From the NCBI RefSeq assembly GCF_009914755.1, contig NC_060929.1: DNA of 64,000 nucleotides. One strand, given 5' to 3'. Both the position numbers and the translations under genes were made by a program. The stretch is from the human T2T-CHM13v2.0 reference genome, Homo sapiens. Position 1 is the stretch's first letter, and the number at the start of each line of letters is the position of its first letter. The notes below the pieces were generated by a model. It was not told the DNA's origin. It did not search any database and saw nothing but the letters and a program-made list of their open reading frames with translations. Shown here piece by piece: positions 1 through 16,190 of this stretch.

Positions 1-475
1 TGTAGCCATTATCCACAGACTTCTCTCTCTTTTCTTCGATTTTAGTGTTAGTTCATTCTTTTTGACTTGCATGCCTTATTATCGTTTTCTCTGGAAGCAT
101 GCCATTGAGTGAATTTTATAGGAAATAATACTGCTGAGCTCTTTCATCTCTGACAAAGTCCTTATGTTCCTACCTTATCCTCACATGTACTGGTATTTTG
201 GCTGGGTGTAGAATTATAGGTTAGTAGTTACCTTCCTCATAGAGCTTTGATGGACTCCATCATTAATATTTAGAAACCATAATGGCAGATAAAATTATTG
301 ATACTAATTTAATTTTGGTTCCTTGGCAGGCAATTTTTTTTTCTCTTTCGATGAAATATTTAAACCATTTTTTTGACCTAGATATTCTGAAATCCTCAAT
401 TTTAAATGTCAGTCTTTGTTTCATTCATCCAACTTAGTCCTTTTAAATTTGAAGATTAGTATTTTTTGCTTTTGA

Positions 476-880
<405 letters not shown>

Positions 881-1269
881 TAGATTTCTGTAACTTTTAA
901 GAATGTGTAATAAATAGATATGTGTAGACCTATGAAAGTCCTCAAACTCAGTATCTCTCATATTTTATTTTTCCATCAGTAGTTCTCTTTCTCTTTCTCC
1001 CATTTGGCAGATTATTCTAGCTTTCTATTAAATATTTATTTTAGAAATCATAAATTGGATTTCCATAAACTCTTAGTCTCTAATTTCAAATTTCTAACAT
1101 CTTTTATGAATTAAAATGTTTTTCATTTGTTAAATATTAATCATTTTTTAAAAGTTTATTTTTCATTAATTATATTCATTACCACTATTATCTGTTCTGT
1201 CCATATTTGTCTTTCAATAATACCTATTAACATATTTTTTAAACAAAAATGAAAAGGCAATGTGTATAC

Positions 1270-2510
1270 AATGTAAATATGAAAAATAAATTTCTCTTTT
1301 CTCTTTGTCTCACACTCACACATATATATTTATTTTACCGAAATGTGAGCTTACTAAACTAAATAAATGTCTCTGCCTTGTATGTTTTTCTTCTAATTAT
1401 ATTTTTGAGATAATTCCATCATAGCCTGTATCAGTAGATCTATTATGTTATACCATTATATGGATCTAATATAATTTGCTTTGCCAATCCAATTTTGATG
1501 ACCATGTACATAGATTTTAGCCTTTGTCTTCCATGAACAATGCTAAAATTCTTCTATGGATAACTTTGTAGATAAAGTGTGTATATTTGTATATCTGGAA
1601 GAAACACTCCAGTTATCAAAATACTGGGTAATAAGACACTTGCATTTTAATATTTTTAAGATATTGTCAAGTTGCTCTACAGAGAGGATACACTCATTTA
1701 TATCCTATTTAAAATAAATTCTTTCTTCCCCATATTTGACAATGTTGACCATTACTTTGCTTTTTGATATCTACTGTTGATATTTGTAAAAAAATACATA
1801 GACTTTATCTTTTAGTTTGCAGTTTTTCAAGTGAGTAAATTACAGCTTTTTTCAAGTATGTTAGTACCAGTTGTTGTTGTTGTTGTTCTGTGTGGGTGTT
1901 TCCTGGGTATTCAATACTTTTTAAGTCCTGCTATGGTTTGAATGTATCTCCTCCAAATTTCAGGTGTTATCAGTGTGATAGTATTAAGAGGTGAGACTTT
2001 TAAGGGGTGGTTATGCCATGAGGACTTCTTCCTGCAGTGTTAGATAAGCTTGTCTGTCCACCTTCTTTCATGTGATGACGCAGAGTTTCTCCCCTCCCAA
2101 GGATGAGTATACAACCCTCACCAGGCAACTGAACCAGCTAATGCCTTGATGTTGGACTTCTCAGACTCGAGAACTGCGACAAGATAGATTTATTTATTTT
2201 ATAAATTATCCAGTTCCAGGTACTCTGATGTAGCAATACAAAATTGAGACGTGGCTTCTATCTACTTTTTCCTAAGAGTTTATCTTTTGTCTGGTTTTTT
2301 TCCTTATTTGAGACCTATTTATGTAAAATAAATTTTTTTTTGTATATCACGTGTTACTATTTTTCTGGCTTGTAATTTTTTTTTTAACTTTGCTTATTGC
2401 ATTTTTAATGTGAAACTTTCATATCCTGTGAGGTCAAATTCATCCATCTTGTCTCTTATGGCTTTTCTATTTTGTGTATTACTTAGAAAAGATTGTCCCA
2501 CACTAATATT
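1270..2510 (-). mobile_element. Ancient L1M (L1ME-like) 3' fragments, interrupted by an MST LTR
   Basis: Degenerate antisense L1 3' phrases, e.g. 'attttaatatttttaagatattgtcaagttgctct' and 'ggtcaaattcatccatcttgtctcttatggctttt'. Confidence 0.55.
1929..2251 (+). mobile_element. MaLR LTR (MSTC/MSTD-like)
   Basis: Starts 'tgctatggtttgaatgt'; contains 'ccttgatgttggacttctcagactcgagaactg' and 'tttataaattatccag'; ends 'gtagcaatacaaaattgagac'. Confidence 0.85.
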
Positions 2511-2994
2511 CACACACATACATACACACACACGTGCACACACACCTTATGTGTATATATACACACAGAGATAATTAGCTTTTTAAAGCTAAAAATCACT
2601 ATGGTTACCGGTATTTCTTTTAAGGTTTGAAAGTCAGAAATATCACTTGAAATTTCCCTCAATGCATTATTTATCAGAAAGAAACAACCAGTTTGACATT
2701 AAAATTGCTTTTAGGTTAAGGTAATCTCTACAAATGTTGACACTTATCCTATAACAGACAGAAATGTTTTTATGTACCTATAAATTAACCAAGAAGTATC
2801 TAATTATCTGTCTTTAAGATGAAAACCTTTCCTCTCAAGGTTACCTGAAAAACTCTAGGGCTATGAAAAATCAAGAACTATGGAAAGCCATGACTTATCT
2901 TACTAAATGTATCAGGTAGCTATATCTGTAATATGCGTAGTTCTTCTGCCTTATTTGTTTACTGGCAGAGATAAGAATAGAAAAATTAAGGCTA

Positions 2995-3245
2995 AATCTC
3001 TATTGAGTGTGAACTACAGGTCAGGCACTGTCTGAAGTCTGGACACACAGCCTTCTTTTTTAAACTGCACAATAGCTCCTTTTGGTAGGTACTATTATCT
3101 ACCACATTTTACAGGTGGGTAAGGGGAAGCTTTGTGGCATTATGTAATTGCTCAACATCATGTATCTGGTAAGCACTGTGGAAAGAGCAGATGCTCGGTC
3201 TTTCTGATTCCACAGCCCTGTGCACTTACCAATTATTTCATACTA
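2995..3245 (-). mobile_element. MIR SINE
   Basis: MIR core antisense: 'actattatctaccacattttacaggtgggtaagggga...tctgattccacagccctgtgcacttacc'. Confidence 0.75.
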
Positions 3246-3449
3246 TCTCCGGTGTTTGTTACAATAGTAAACCTGTGACATGGTGGTGGGGGAGGGTTCT
3301 AGAAGAAAGTAGCTGGTTTTCTGAGGTTAATTCTTCTTATTATAATTAGCTTCGTGTTTATATATTTCAATGTCTTCAAGATTAAGGAAATTGCTACCAG
3401 TTTGTGGTCAATTTGAATTTATTATCCATTGTGTTTTTTATTTAAGATA

Positions 3450-3640
3450 ATTAAGAATTCAAGCTCTAGAGTCACTCAGACCTGGATTCACAGTCTGTCT
3501 TTGAACTTAATAGCTATATGACATCAGGCAAATTAATTAACCTCTAAATCCCACTATACAGTACTTATCTTCTGAGAAATTGAATTAATAATATCACTCA
3601 CTTCAGGAGGCTTTGAGGGGGTATTAAGTGAATGTAAACT
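3450..3640 (+). mobile_element. MIR SINE
   Basis: 'gctctagagtcactcagacctggattca...agctatatgacatcaggcaaattaattaacctct'. Confidence 0.7.
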
Positions 3641-3659
3641 TTTTAAGATAAGTAATTTT

Positions 3660-3745
3660 GGTTTTGCATATTGCCATATCTCAAGCACCTAAAAGAATGC
3701 CTATACATAGTAGCTTCTCAATAGATATTTGTTGAATAAGTGTAT
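3660..3745 (+). mobile_element. L2 3' end
   Basis: 'gcacctaaaagaatgcctatacatagtagcttctcaatagatatttgttgaataagtg'. Confidence 0.7.
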
Positions 3746-4476
3746 AAAGTGCTTATTGAACTGTTTGTTACCTCCTTTGTCACTGTCAGATAATAAAAAC
3801 CATAATACTACACATATATCTACTTCTCTTTAAATGCAAAGGATGATTTAAGTGTCCTAATTAAATGTAATTTCTCATTCTTTCTCTTGATACTGCCAAT
3901 GAAAATTGGTATAGATGGGATTCTGTTAGATCTGGTTTGTTACCTCTTACCAGCCTTTACTATTTTTATGTATATCCTCATTGACAAAACAGAAGAAGAA
4001 GGGACCAGTAATTGGTGACAAATCTAATTTGAATTTTTAGTGTTGAACAATGGTATTTCACTTCTTTAAGCTGTACTTTTAAAATGCCACAATTTACTGA
4101 ACCATTTTATAGGGTCACATGGCTGAGTATGTTTTGAGGATAAAGACATTGGAAGCGAGACAATTTTCAAGAAAATTTTCAGGTGATATTGTAATGTACT
4201 TTCCCATTTTAAAATTCAGATTGGAGCTTTAGCTGTATTAATTCTAGAAGCAGGAGAACTGGCTTCATTGCCAGCTCAAAGAACACTTCAATGCCACCAG
4301 GAAGAAGGTTGTTGGGGAACAAAGAATCAATGCTCACCCCTGGGTTCTCATTCAAAGGTCTTTTTTGGATGGATTCAGCCACTGGAGTGTAAATTGTCTT
4401 GGGGCCAAAAGACTCTACTTTATTTATTGTGGTTTCTCCAGTACTTAGAAGTAAGTGATTAAAAATATTTGCTAAG

Positions 4477-4837
4477 TGATATGGTTTGGATATCTCCCCA
4501 CCCAAATATCATCTTGAATTATAATCCCCATAATCCCTTGTGCCATGGGAGGGATCCAGTGGAAGGCAATTGAATCATAGGGGTGGATTTGCCTATGCTG
4601 TTCTCGTAAAAGTGAGTGAGTTTTCACGAGATCTAATGGTTTTATAAGCATCTGGCATTTCCTCTGCTGGCATTCATTCTCTTTCCTGTCGTCCTGTGAA
4701 GAGTTTTCTTCTGCCATGATTGTAAGTTTTCTGAGGCTTTCCCAGCCATGTGGAACTGTAAGTCAATTAAATCATCTTTCCTTATAAATTATCCAGTCGG
4801 GTATTTCTTCATAGCAGTGTGAGAACGGACTAATACA
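4477..4837 (+). mobile_element. THE1D-like solo LTR with 5-bp TSD ctaag
   Basis: tgatatggtttgg...ggactaataca termini; ctaag at 4472-4476 and 4838-4842. Confidence 0.92.
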
Positions 4838-6249
4838 CTAAGTGAAGGATTGAAGCCAATCACTGGCAGCCTTTATGTAGCTGTTCCTTTTAAACCAATG
4901 TTTATAAATTGTAAATGTATTTTTATTTTCAAGGGGAAAATATAAGGAGAGTATACGTATGCTGGGGAATTTAATAAGAAATACAATTTTTATTTGTGCA
5001 TTATTTATTTTACAAATTAGGAATGATCAAAGAAACATGGGTTCTTAATATAGTTACTTTTGGACTGAAATTAAATGATCATTCCATAGGTATAGACATG
5101 TAATAAATCATCAACACATATTACAAATGAAAAAACTAAACAAAACATAAAACCTCTAAAGACAAATGCCCTGTCATCTTGTGTGACCTGCAGCAGGGCA
5201 GGAGCTCAGGGGACTAATCTTTTAGGTCAATGTTTTTTTCTAAAATATCAAGCAAATTAGTTTCAAATAAAAATATAAATATAGCAAATGTGTATTTTCT
5301 CTACCATAATTCTTTGGATTTTTGAATATGGATGTCTTTTTCATGTTGTTTACCAATATAGAAAGAAAACATGGCAGATTCCACAACCTTGAAGAATATT
5401 TCTGATATACGCATGCGTATGTCTACGCACGCATGTGTAACCACCTCACATGGGTGAAAGATGAGTTGTATTTGGGATTTAAATCATTGTTTTGTAACCT
5501 GACAAGATGCTTTGACAGACTGTTAAGATTGAAGCTACTGTGAAAACTGTTCTTTCATTTACTTTCCAATGCTCAATTATTTTCAGCCTTACCCAAAACA
5601 GGGATTCATCACCTCTAGAGAAACGCCAAAAGATGTCAAGATGTAGATTTGTCTTTTTTATTCTTTCCTTGCAAATGAGATTCAAGTGTCAAGATGACAA
5701 AAGATTCAAGCTGGAAAGAAGCCCCCAGTAAAATGTCAGAACTTCATCACAGTAGGAGTTGCAGCAGGCACATTAGTAAAGTTGGTTCAAGTTGGGCTTG
5801 ACCTCAAGCCAACCATTAGATTTCTGGAGAGAAATTGCATAGATTTAAAGGGATATAATTTAAAAGGTACAATATAGGTTCATTACATCAGTTATTGATT
5901 TGTTCCCTTTTGAACTTCAAAGAATTTCTCGTGTATAACTTTGTGACATGGAAGCAAATAAACACACATACAAAAAGTGTTGTTTATGGTGACCTCATTA
6001 TTCTCAGTGTTCAGATAATGATCTCGTCTTACATAAAATACTTTGATTTAGAAAACTGTGCGAGGAATTTTTCTGATCCAGATTCTCCTGTGACATAAAA
6101 ATAATTTTGTGCCTCTGTGTGTACAGTAAAACAGGCTTCATTTGGCTTAGGCATCTCTTTACCCATTTTTGTTTACTCTGGATGTAAGAGCCTTTAACTT
6201 TTCTGTACCAAGTAAAATGTATGTCTTGGACATTGGGGTTAACTCTTCA

Positions 6250-6692
6250 ACATTCATGCCAGGTCAGACTATTTCTGTAAGTTAGCCCCAGAGATTTTAA
6301 TCCTATTGTAGCAATAGGATTAGTTTTAGGCATGTGATCAAATGCTTGCCAGTGAGATATCAGTTTCAGGACAAAAGAATCCACACTCCTAAAAAAAAAA
6401 AAACCAAAAAAAAACGCAGGTACCCTTTCCACAGCTGGACATTGGCATGTGTGGAAATGACACTGGGGACAACCTCAGCTTCCTTGTTTTCATGGTGAGG
6501 AGGTAACAGGCATTAAGCATGGAAAAGCCTGGCAATAACATGGATACATGTTACTATTGCTGAGCACCTGATCAACCTTGGGACTCACTATACTCAAGTC
6601 TTTTTGTAGGAGATAAAGCATTGTCTTACTCTTTAATGCAGTTTAAGCTGCTTTTTCTATTACTTACATCTAAAAAATCCTAATTAAGATAA
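6250..6692 (+). mobile_element. Old MLT1-type MaLR LTR (degenerate)
   Basis: 3' end resembles MLT1: 'gtttaagctgctttttctattacttacatctaaaaaatcctaattaagata'; 5' boundary uncertain. Confidence 0.45.
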
Positions 6693-7319
6693 ATTAACTG
6701 AATAAACCAGTATCTCTGTATTATAACTACTATATGGGTACTCTAATTTTATATTTTAAAAGGAGGACAAAAGTATTTTTAAAAGTGTCTGCAAGTAGTT
6801 CTACAATGACAGTCATGTTTTTATGTAAAAACATTTTGAGAAATATTTCCAACAAGTTCTTCATTCCACTAGCCTTTGAGGCTAAGATATTATTCTGGCT
6901 CAATCTAGCTATCTTGGCAGTTTACCACAGTGGTTTATCCCATGAAGTTTGCACTGGATTTAGGACACCTATAGACAACAATATGTATCATTATTATTAC
7001 TATTATTCTATCATAGCTCAGGTTTGTCAATTGGTTTCTATCTAAAGCTTTGCTATTCTAAGATGTGTTCAGCCCTATGCTGAGTGACTACTGTGATTCT
7101 GCCATTTTATCTTTCTATTCTGAGTATGCTGTCTGTTTATATCTGTGTCCTATTTGTCACCTGTATTTTCCACATTAGACCGGAAACATCATTGGATATC
7201 AGGATATTGGAAATTGCATTTACATTGTATTTTAGCAAATAAACTTGTTTCCTACTTGAAAAAAAAGAGCTAAAAATGCGTGGTATATTGTGCAAAACAT
7301 GAAGGCCATAATGCTCCCT

Positions 7320-7810
7320 GTGTGAGCATGGGTTTCTCCAGTGGCAGAGCCATACACAAGGGCTTGCCTGCAGGTTGTTTATTTGTGCAGCAATCCCAGG
7401 GAACGGAGTAAGGGACTATGGAGAGTGAAACAGAGAAGGGAAAAGCAATTAAAAGGGTGCACAATCAAGTTGATACCTCTGTTAGTAACTGGGACTTCAT
7501 CTTGTTGGGGTTTTCTGACTCAGAATGGGTCTTAGAATTGTCTGCCTAAGAAATATAGGGAGCCGTGTTTATCCGGTAGCTCTCATAACCCACAAGTCCA
7601 GGCTCATTTGTAACTATCATTTTTCCAGGCTGCATAAATGTGACTGCCATGGGAGTTCGCAGAAGTATCTCATGAAATGGCCTCTTATGAAGCCCAAGAC
7701 AGGAAGCAGCAGGTACAGGATTCAGCAGAGGTGAGGTGCTGGCAGTGTACCCATGTGTGCATTTGGCTACTCAAAAGTGATTAGAATGAAAGGTCGATTG
7801 ACAGGCCTCT
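7320..7810 (-). mobile_element. ERVL LTR (LTR33/LTR16-like)
   Basis: 'acaagggcttgcctgcaggttgtttatttgtgcagcaatcccagggaa...gtgaaacagagaagggaaaagcaattaaaagggtg' matches the antisense 3' end of this group. Confidence 0.65.
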
Positions 7811-8569
7811 AATATATGTATTTTTCTAATACTATAAGCTAATCTCTTCCCCTGCAGTAAAAGATAAGGCATTCTTGTTTAATAATTCCATGACTAATAT
7901 TTTATGGGCAACATTGATTCTAGAAAGCAAATAGCTAAAAGGAGGGCTATGCTAAAAACTGGAGAAAGAAACAAAATGGATTTGAAGACATAGATAATAA
8001 ATCATCCACAGACATAAACATTGAGGAAAATACATAGAAAGTAGGAGGACACAGAAGAATATTTCTCAAAGTTGGTGTGCGGAAGTAGTGGGAACCAAAT
8101 AAGCAAGACATTATTCTCTTCATTATTGAGTGGCCTGGCTAATTTAAGAGATTGGAGATTCTGTGGAGGTATGATTGTATACTATTTATGTGAGAATTCA
8201 TCACAGATGTGATTGATGCTTGGTTAACAACACCACATACATACCACCAACACCACTAACGCCACATAAGGTGGTATTAGTGTGACTAAGACCACAGAGA
8301 AAAGTGATTCTTAGTAGAAGTAAATGCACCACTTTTCATGTGTGACTTCAATGCAGAAGGAATGAGAAGAGACACACAAAAGCAGACTACACAGTAAGAG
8401 CCTGAAGGAGACATGTATAGACAGTTTTATGATAATGTCTGCTAGAATTATATGGTTCCATTAACAGCACATACATAGGTGTGTGTGCATATGTACATAT
8501 ACATAAATGCACATTTGTATTTGTCTACATGTATTTGTCTCAGGTTGTTAAAGATACATAAAGTGACAT

Positions 8570-10130
<1,561 letters not shown>

Positions 10131-10134
10131 AAAT

Positions 10135-10270
10135 TCTCAGCCTTCATAATCTCGTAAGCCAATTCTTTGTACGAAATCCCTCTCTCTATATATTAATAGA
10201 TAGACACACACACACACATGTCCACACACATCCAGTTAGATCTGTTTCTCTGGGGAAATCTGACTAATAC
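10135..10270 (+). mobile_element. MLT2 LTR 3' fragment
   Basis: 'ccttcataatctcgtaagccaattc...tctgtttctctggggaaatctgactaataca'. Confidence 0.75.
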
Positions 10271-10789
10271 AGCATTCATTTCTAAATTCAACATCTTGCT
10301 TCTTAGAGTCTAGTTTTGTGCCTGAGGAAATAAAAGCAGTCCAGATTTTACATTGCAGGCAAAGTTATACGGGCCACCTGTTACAATATAAAGTACCCTG
10401 TAGATAATTTACCCAATGCTTCAGTTCTCAGAACTTACACACAGACTTTTACCTGAACGTCCACATCATAGTAACCTGTATGCTGTAAACAGAAAGGCAA
10501 ACACTGTGGCCCGTGACTCTGGCTGATTTAAATAGGCACACATTAAAAAAGTTTATACCTTTAAAAAACATTAACAGTGCCTGGGTTTTAATTATTGTTA
10601 TGGAAATAGTGTGTGGGTCTGTATAGATAACTTACATAAATACAAATGAGGAAATAAAAATCTATAATAATCCATAGTTTTACTTATATTTGTTGTGGAA
10701 TAGGCCTTATTAATCATAACATAAATTTAAAAATCTTCAGAATAATAAAAATAAAATAAATAATAATGGTTAATAATTTAATCATCATA

Positions 10790-10955
10790 AAAACCTATGC
10801 AGTGGCTGATATTATTATACTTATTTTAGAAAAGAGATAAAACCAAAGCTCAGGGAGTTAAGTAATTTGCACATGGTCACACAGGTGCTAATTGGCAGAG
10901 CCAAGGTTGGACCTCTGAAATTTGACTTCAGAGTGGATGTGCTTAACCATTGTGT
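10790..10955 (-). mobile_element. MIR SINE
   Basis: 'aaagctcagggagttaagtaatttgcacatggtcacacag...ggcagagccaagg...tgacttcagagtggatgtgcttaaccat'. Confidence 0.8.
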
Positions 10956-11019
10956 TTCCTGAGACAAAGTAACCTTTAGAAAGTTTAAAAACGAGAAAGA
11001 ATGGAAAACAAGCAAACAC

Positions 11020-11530
11020 AGAGTTCACTGAGTATATTTATATTTGAATGTTAATATCCAACATATATAAAGACCTTCAACACAGTTATAAGAAACAGGT
11101 AATTGATCTAATATAGAAAAAGGTAATGAATATGATTAGGTAATTGAAAAAACATAAAAGTGTATTCAAGTTTATCAATGTCATTATCAATCAGAAAAAT
11201 ACAATTGTAAAAATAAAGTTTTATTTTTTCATTAAAATAGCGCAATTTAGCAGAAAATTAATAACTAGCATTGATTGGCAAAACAGTTAAAAATAAACAT
11301 TTTCGTACAATATAACTAGAAACAAATTTTTCTGAGGGAAATTCAGTATCATCAAAATTTTGAAATTTGAAATTCATATCCTTTAACGCTTCTAAGACAT
11401 CTTATAGATATACACACGTACAAAAAAATTTATGAATAACTTGAGCATGGTTTTTAATAGAACAAAATTTGCAAATAACTCAAATGTCTAACACAGGAGT
11501 ATATTCAACTTGTGATAATAATGATTTTCA
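11020..11530 (+). mobile_element. Ancient L1ME-like fragment
   Basis: A-rich degenerate L1 ORF2 3' phrases, e.g. 'tcattatcaatcagaaaaatacaattgtaaaaata'. Confidence 0.45.
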
Positions 11531-12269
11531 TATTTATGAAGACTTTATTGTATCACATATTGTACCAATATTTTATACACATTATTTTTTCTAATGGAAA
11601 TAAATATTAATCATCAGGTTTTATTAATGTGCCCATTCCTATACGTGGAAACTGAGTCTTAAAAAGTTTACTGATTTGATTGAGATCACATAGTAATAAA
11701 GTGAGAAATCAGGATCTGCACCATAAGCTATGCTCACCAATTCTGTAGCATTCTTTGATGTGACTAAAAGAAGGTGGCTCTTGACACGGAAATGTCAGTA
11801 AGACACATGTTCAATAAAGAAAGTAAGTTGCAGTGTGTACTCTTGACAGTATTTGCTTATTGCTTTCATTGAAAAATTAACACAATCAGTTTTCCTATCG
11901 TGCTCCTTAATTTTTGTTGCTTGTTTGCAAGGGCTTAAACTAATTTTGCTTGCTCTTGTGTTTTCCAAGTTCCCATGAATCTGTTTCTTAAATACATCTT
12001 CTGTGTAGGTAATTTTATTGTTTTTCTTACAGAACAATTCTGAGACTATTTTTTATATTAATAAAGTTATAGGTTTAAATTTTGATATATGTGATTGATC
12101 TGAATTGTGTCATCTTATTTCATGTGTTCTGGTTTTTAAAGCTTTGTTAATTTGGTTTTCTAGTTTTATAACATGGACTTACATTTTTTGTATTGTGTGA
12201 ATATATATGATTGTTCTCATAATTTTGTTCCCATAATTTTATTACGTGTTTTAGGTTTTCTAAAGATCG

Positions 12270-12490
12270 TCTAATATAAAAATATTAATTATAAATATAT
12301 AATTTATTAATATAGTTTAATATTAGTAAAGTATAATTATTAGTAAATAGTGCATTTATTTATTAATAACTATGCAACTATAAACATGTAATAATTTATT
12401 ATATCAATGAATATATTATATATTAATATTTATTATTATAAATATTATTTGCTATTATAAACATTAACAAATATTTATTAATATAGCTTA
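12270..12490. repeat. AT-rich low-complexity tract
   Basis: Almost entirely A/T (tattaata-type units). Confidence 0.85.
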
Positions 12491-12670
12491 CCAAGTATAT
12501 TAAGTGTCCTTTGACTTGCATATCAGAAAAATGAAGAAATTATTGTATTTTAACCTTCTCACTGCTGCCTTCATCCCTATAATTTTATTCATCTTCCTGT
12601 TTTTATTAGCTTTTGTTGCTCTTCCTGACTCTGCCACTTACTAGCTGTTTAACCTTTCACAGTGTTTTAA

Positions 12671-13003
<333 letters not shown>

Positions 13004-13379
13004 AGTCTTCTCTTCTATAAAATTAGAATAATAATATCTCAAAGGGTTGTTACAGTCTTACTTTTATTATTTGTCTTATTATTATTCTAATAATGCCTAT
13101 GATAGTCTCTAACCTGAGATGTTAATTTATTATTTTAAACATTTACTTCTACCATATAAGATGAGAAATTTGGCACATGTAATTCTTTAATCCCCTACTT
13201 ATTTTTCTCCCGATATTTGTTACTGATATTTTTGTGTTAGGTATTGTTTTCCTTAATATTTAAATTTTAACTAATAGACTCTAATGAATATGCCTTGATT
13301 TTTATTATAATTTTTCCTCTGAGATATAAATATTAATCTACGTTTATTTTTATGATTTCATTCATTTGTACAGTAAATG

Positions 13380-15900
13380 GTTTATTTAAATTCATGTATT
13401 TTGGAAATACGGTATGAAGTGAGAAATAAAGTTGTCTTTGTTTTCTAAAATATTAATCAGTTGTCCTAACACTAATTATTGGATTGTCTCCCTTATTTCT
13501 ATTTATTTAAAATACTACTAATAATATACAGAAAATACTTAAAATAATTTAATTTTGTTGCTTAATATTTCTACCTGTTTTGTTTATCTAACTGCTTTAT
13601 GCAATCATTTAGTCACTTAACATTTATCAACTGAGTGCCCCCAGTATGCAACTTAGTACCTGGCCAGAGGACTGGGATAGGAAGGGAAGCAAAAGAGATA
13701 AAATATCTGCCCTCACCGATTACTCTCTAGTGCGCTGTCTGTCATTGTAAGAGCTTAAGAGGAGAATGGAGGAACAATTTTCAAGCTGTTTGTACACAGA
13801 ACCACTGTGCTAAATTTGAGTAAGCAATGTATGCCTTCTTATGATTTCTTTCAAGTCTACACATATATGAATAAATATGTGTGTATGAGGTTTTACTGAA
13901 CTGTAGAAAAACATACAATAAAATTCCTGCCGAACTGGATTTACCATGTGCCTTGCTCTATCACAACAAAAAAGTTAGTATCACACTCTTTCAACTATTA
14001 CAATTCATTGATACAATTTAAAATGTAATAGTACAAATTGCTAATACAATTTTGCTTTCAGAAATTCCTTGACTATTGACACATTTAATTTCCCAAATGA
14101 ATGTTAAAATGATTTTGCTACTTTCTCTGAAATGCTTTAACATTGTGATTTACATTAAAATATACAATTTATTGATTTGAAATTTATGTCTTTATGAAAT
14201 TGTTTTTCCATGAGAAGCAAGGTACGTCTATACATTTGAATCCTGTTCTGCCGCTTGATAGAGTTATGTAATTGTATTCTATAGGTTTTGCATATTTTTG
14301 TTGGAAATTGTTTTTTTCTGTTAAAAATATGAATGAAATTTTTTATTGCATCCCATTTATTGCTAGAATATTTTTTAAAAGACTTATTTATTGCAAACAT
14401 TTTTTGTGTGGCCACTTTTAAAATTATTAGTAGTCCTAATAGTATTTTAGTTGAATATCTTAAAATTTATAAACAACTATATTGTCAGTAAACAGTTATT
14501 TTGTCTTCTCACATTTGTTTCATATCTTATTGCCTGACACTTCATTTAGAACATTGACAAAAATTGTGAAGGTACTCATGTATCTAGTCTTACTCTTGAT
14601 CACAGTGAGAATGCCCCTAAAGTTTTCCTAAGTATGATGTTTACTTTTAGTTTTAAACATCAAACTACGATGAGAAAGATGCTTCTTAACATGTTTCTTT
14701 TCAATGGAGGCATAGTTTATGTACGATAAAACACCCATATCTTCATAATTCAATTATGTAAGTTTTTAAAATTGTATACACCTATGCATCCAGTATCCCT
14801 CAAAATAATACAAATATTTCTCTATTCAGAAAGTTTTCTTGCACCACTATCTAATCAATTTCTCATATTTTACAGAGCAATAACTTTCTGATTTCTGATG
14901 CCACAGATTAGTTGTGCCTATCCTTTTAATTCATGTAAGTGGAATCATATTACTTACCTGTGTGTGTGTGTTTGTCTTCCATCATTCATTATATTTTTGA
15001 GAGTTTTTTTTACATTAATCAGCAGCTTGTTCTTTTTCCTTACTGAATAATCTTTCATTATGTGGCTATACCGTAATTTATACATCCTCTCTCCTGATGA
15101 TGGATATCTGAGTTGTTTTCAATTCTGACCATTTTACAATTTTAGATAAGGCTGCTATGAACTTTCTTGTACAAGTCTTTTTTGTAGACATGTGTTTTTA
15201 TTTTGGGTTGTAAGAGTGGAATGCTAAGAATGGAATTGAAGTGTACATTTAACTTTAAAAGAAACTGCCAAATAGTTATCCAGTGTGAGAACAATATATG
15301 GTAGTCCCAATTGTTTCACATCCTCACTTACATTTAATGCTGTTAGCATTGACTGATAGCTCATAAACTAATGACGAAAAAGTTTCTATACTTAATGGCC
15401 ATTCATATGCCTATTTTTTATTGTCTTTTCAAATTTTTGCCCATATTTTATTATTGTTGTTTTTAAGGTTGAGTAGCAAAATGTCTTTGTATATTCTAGA
15501 CACAAGTCTTTCGTCAGATATGTATTTAACAGATATTTTCTCTAAATCTGTGGCTTGCCTTGCATTTTCTTAATAGTGTCTTTTAATAAGTAATTATTTT
15601 TTATTTTGTAAGTCCAATTTACCACTTTCTCTCTTTAATGGTTGGTGCTTTTTGTAACTTATGCAGGACATCTGTGCCTGCACCAAGATAACGAAGGTAT
15701 TTTCTTGCATCCTTCAGAAGCTTTATGGTTTTTGGTTTTACAAGTTTGTTTCTCATCTTTTTTAAAAAAAACCAGGAATGGGTATTAAATTTTCTTCAAA
15801 CATCTTTTTAAGTCTATTAAGATAATCAAAAGTAATAAATTAATTTTAGAATAAAGTTCTTATTTCAAATTTTGAATGCTATATTTTATGTGTGCTGAGG
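13380..15900 (-). mobile_element. Old L1M fragments (L1ME/L1MC-like 3' end at ~14700-15750 nested in an older L1)
   Basis: Antisense L1 phrases 'ataaggctgctatgaactttcttgtacaagtcttttttgtagacatg' and 'tatattctagacacaagtctttcgtcagatatg'. Confidence 0.7.
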
Positions 15901-16044
15901 ATCTTTCAAATCCCTCTCCTTATGTTTTATTGGTGTTATTTGCTTGTTTGGATTTATTTATTCAGATACATTCCTTATATGTACATTTTAACATCAGTAG
16001 ATGTTAACATATATTAAAAGTTATTCTTAAAGTGTTCTCGACAA

Positions 16045-16190
16045 ACACCAGACACAAATGGTAACTATGGGTGGGAAAACAAATATATTAATTTGATTCT
16101 GGTAATAATTACACAATGTTTATATCAAATCATCATGTTATACACCTTGAATATATGTATATATAATTTTTCATGTTAATATTAAAAGAT
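16045..16190 (+). mobile_element. L1MA/MB 3' terminal fragment
   Basis: 'atggtaactatgggtg...tatatcaaatcatcatgttatacaccttgaatatat'. Confidence 0.7.
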
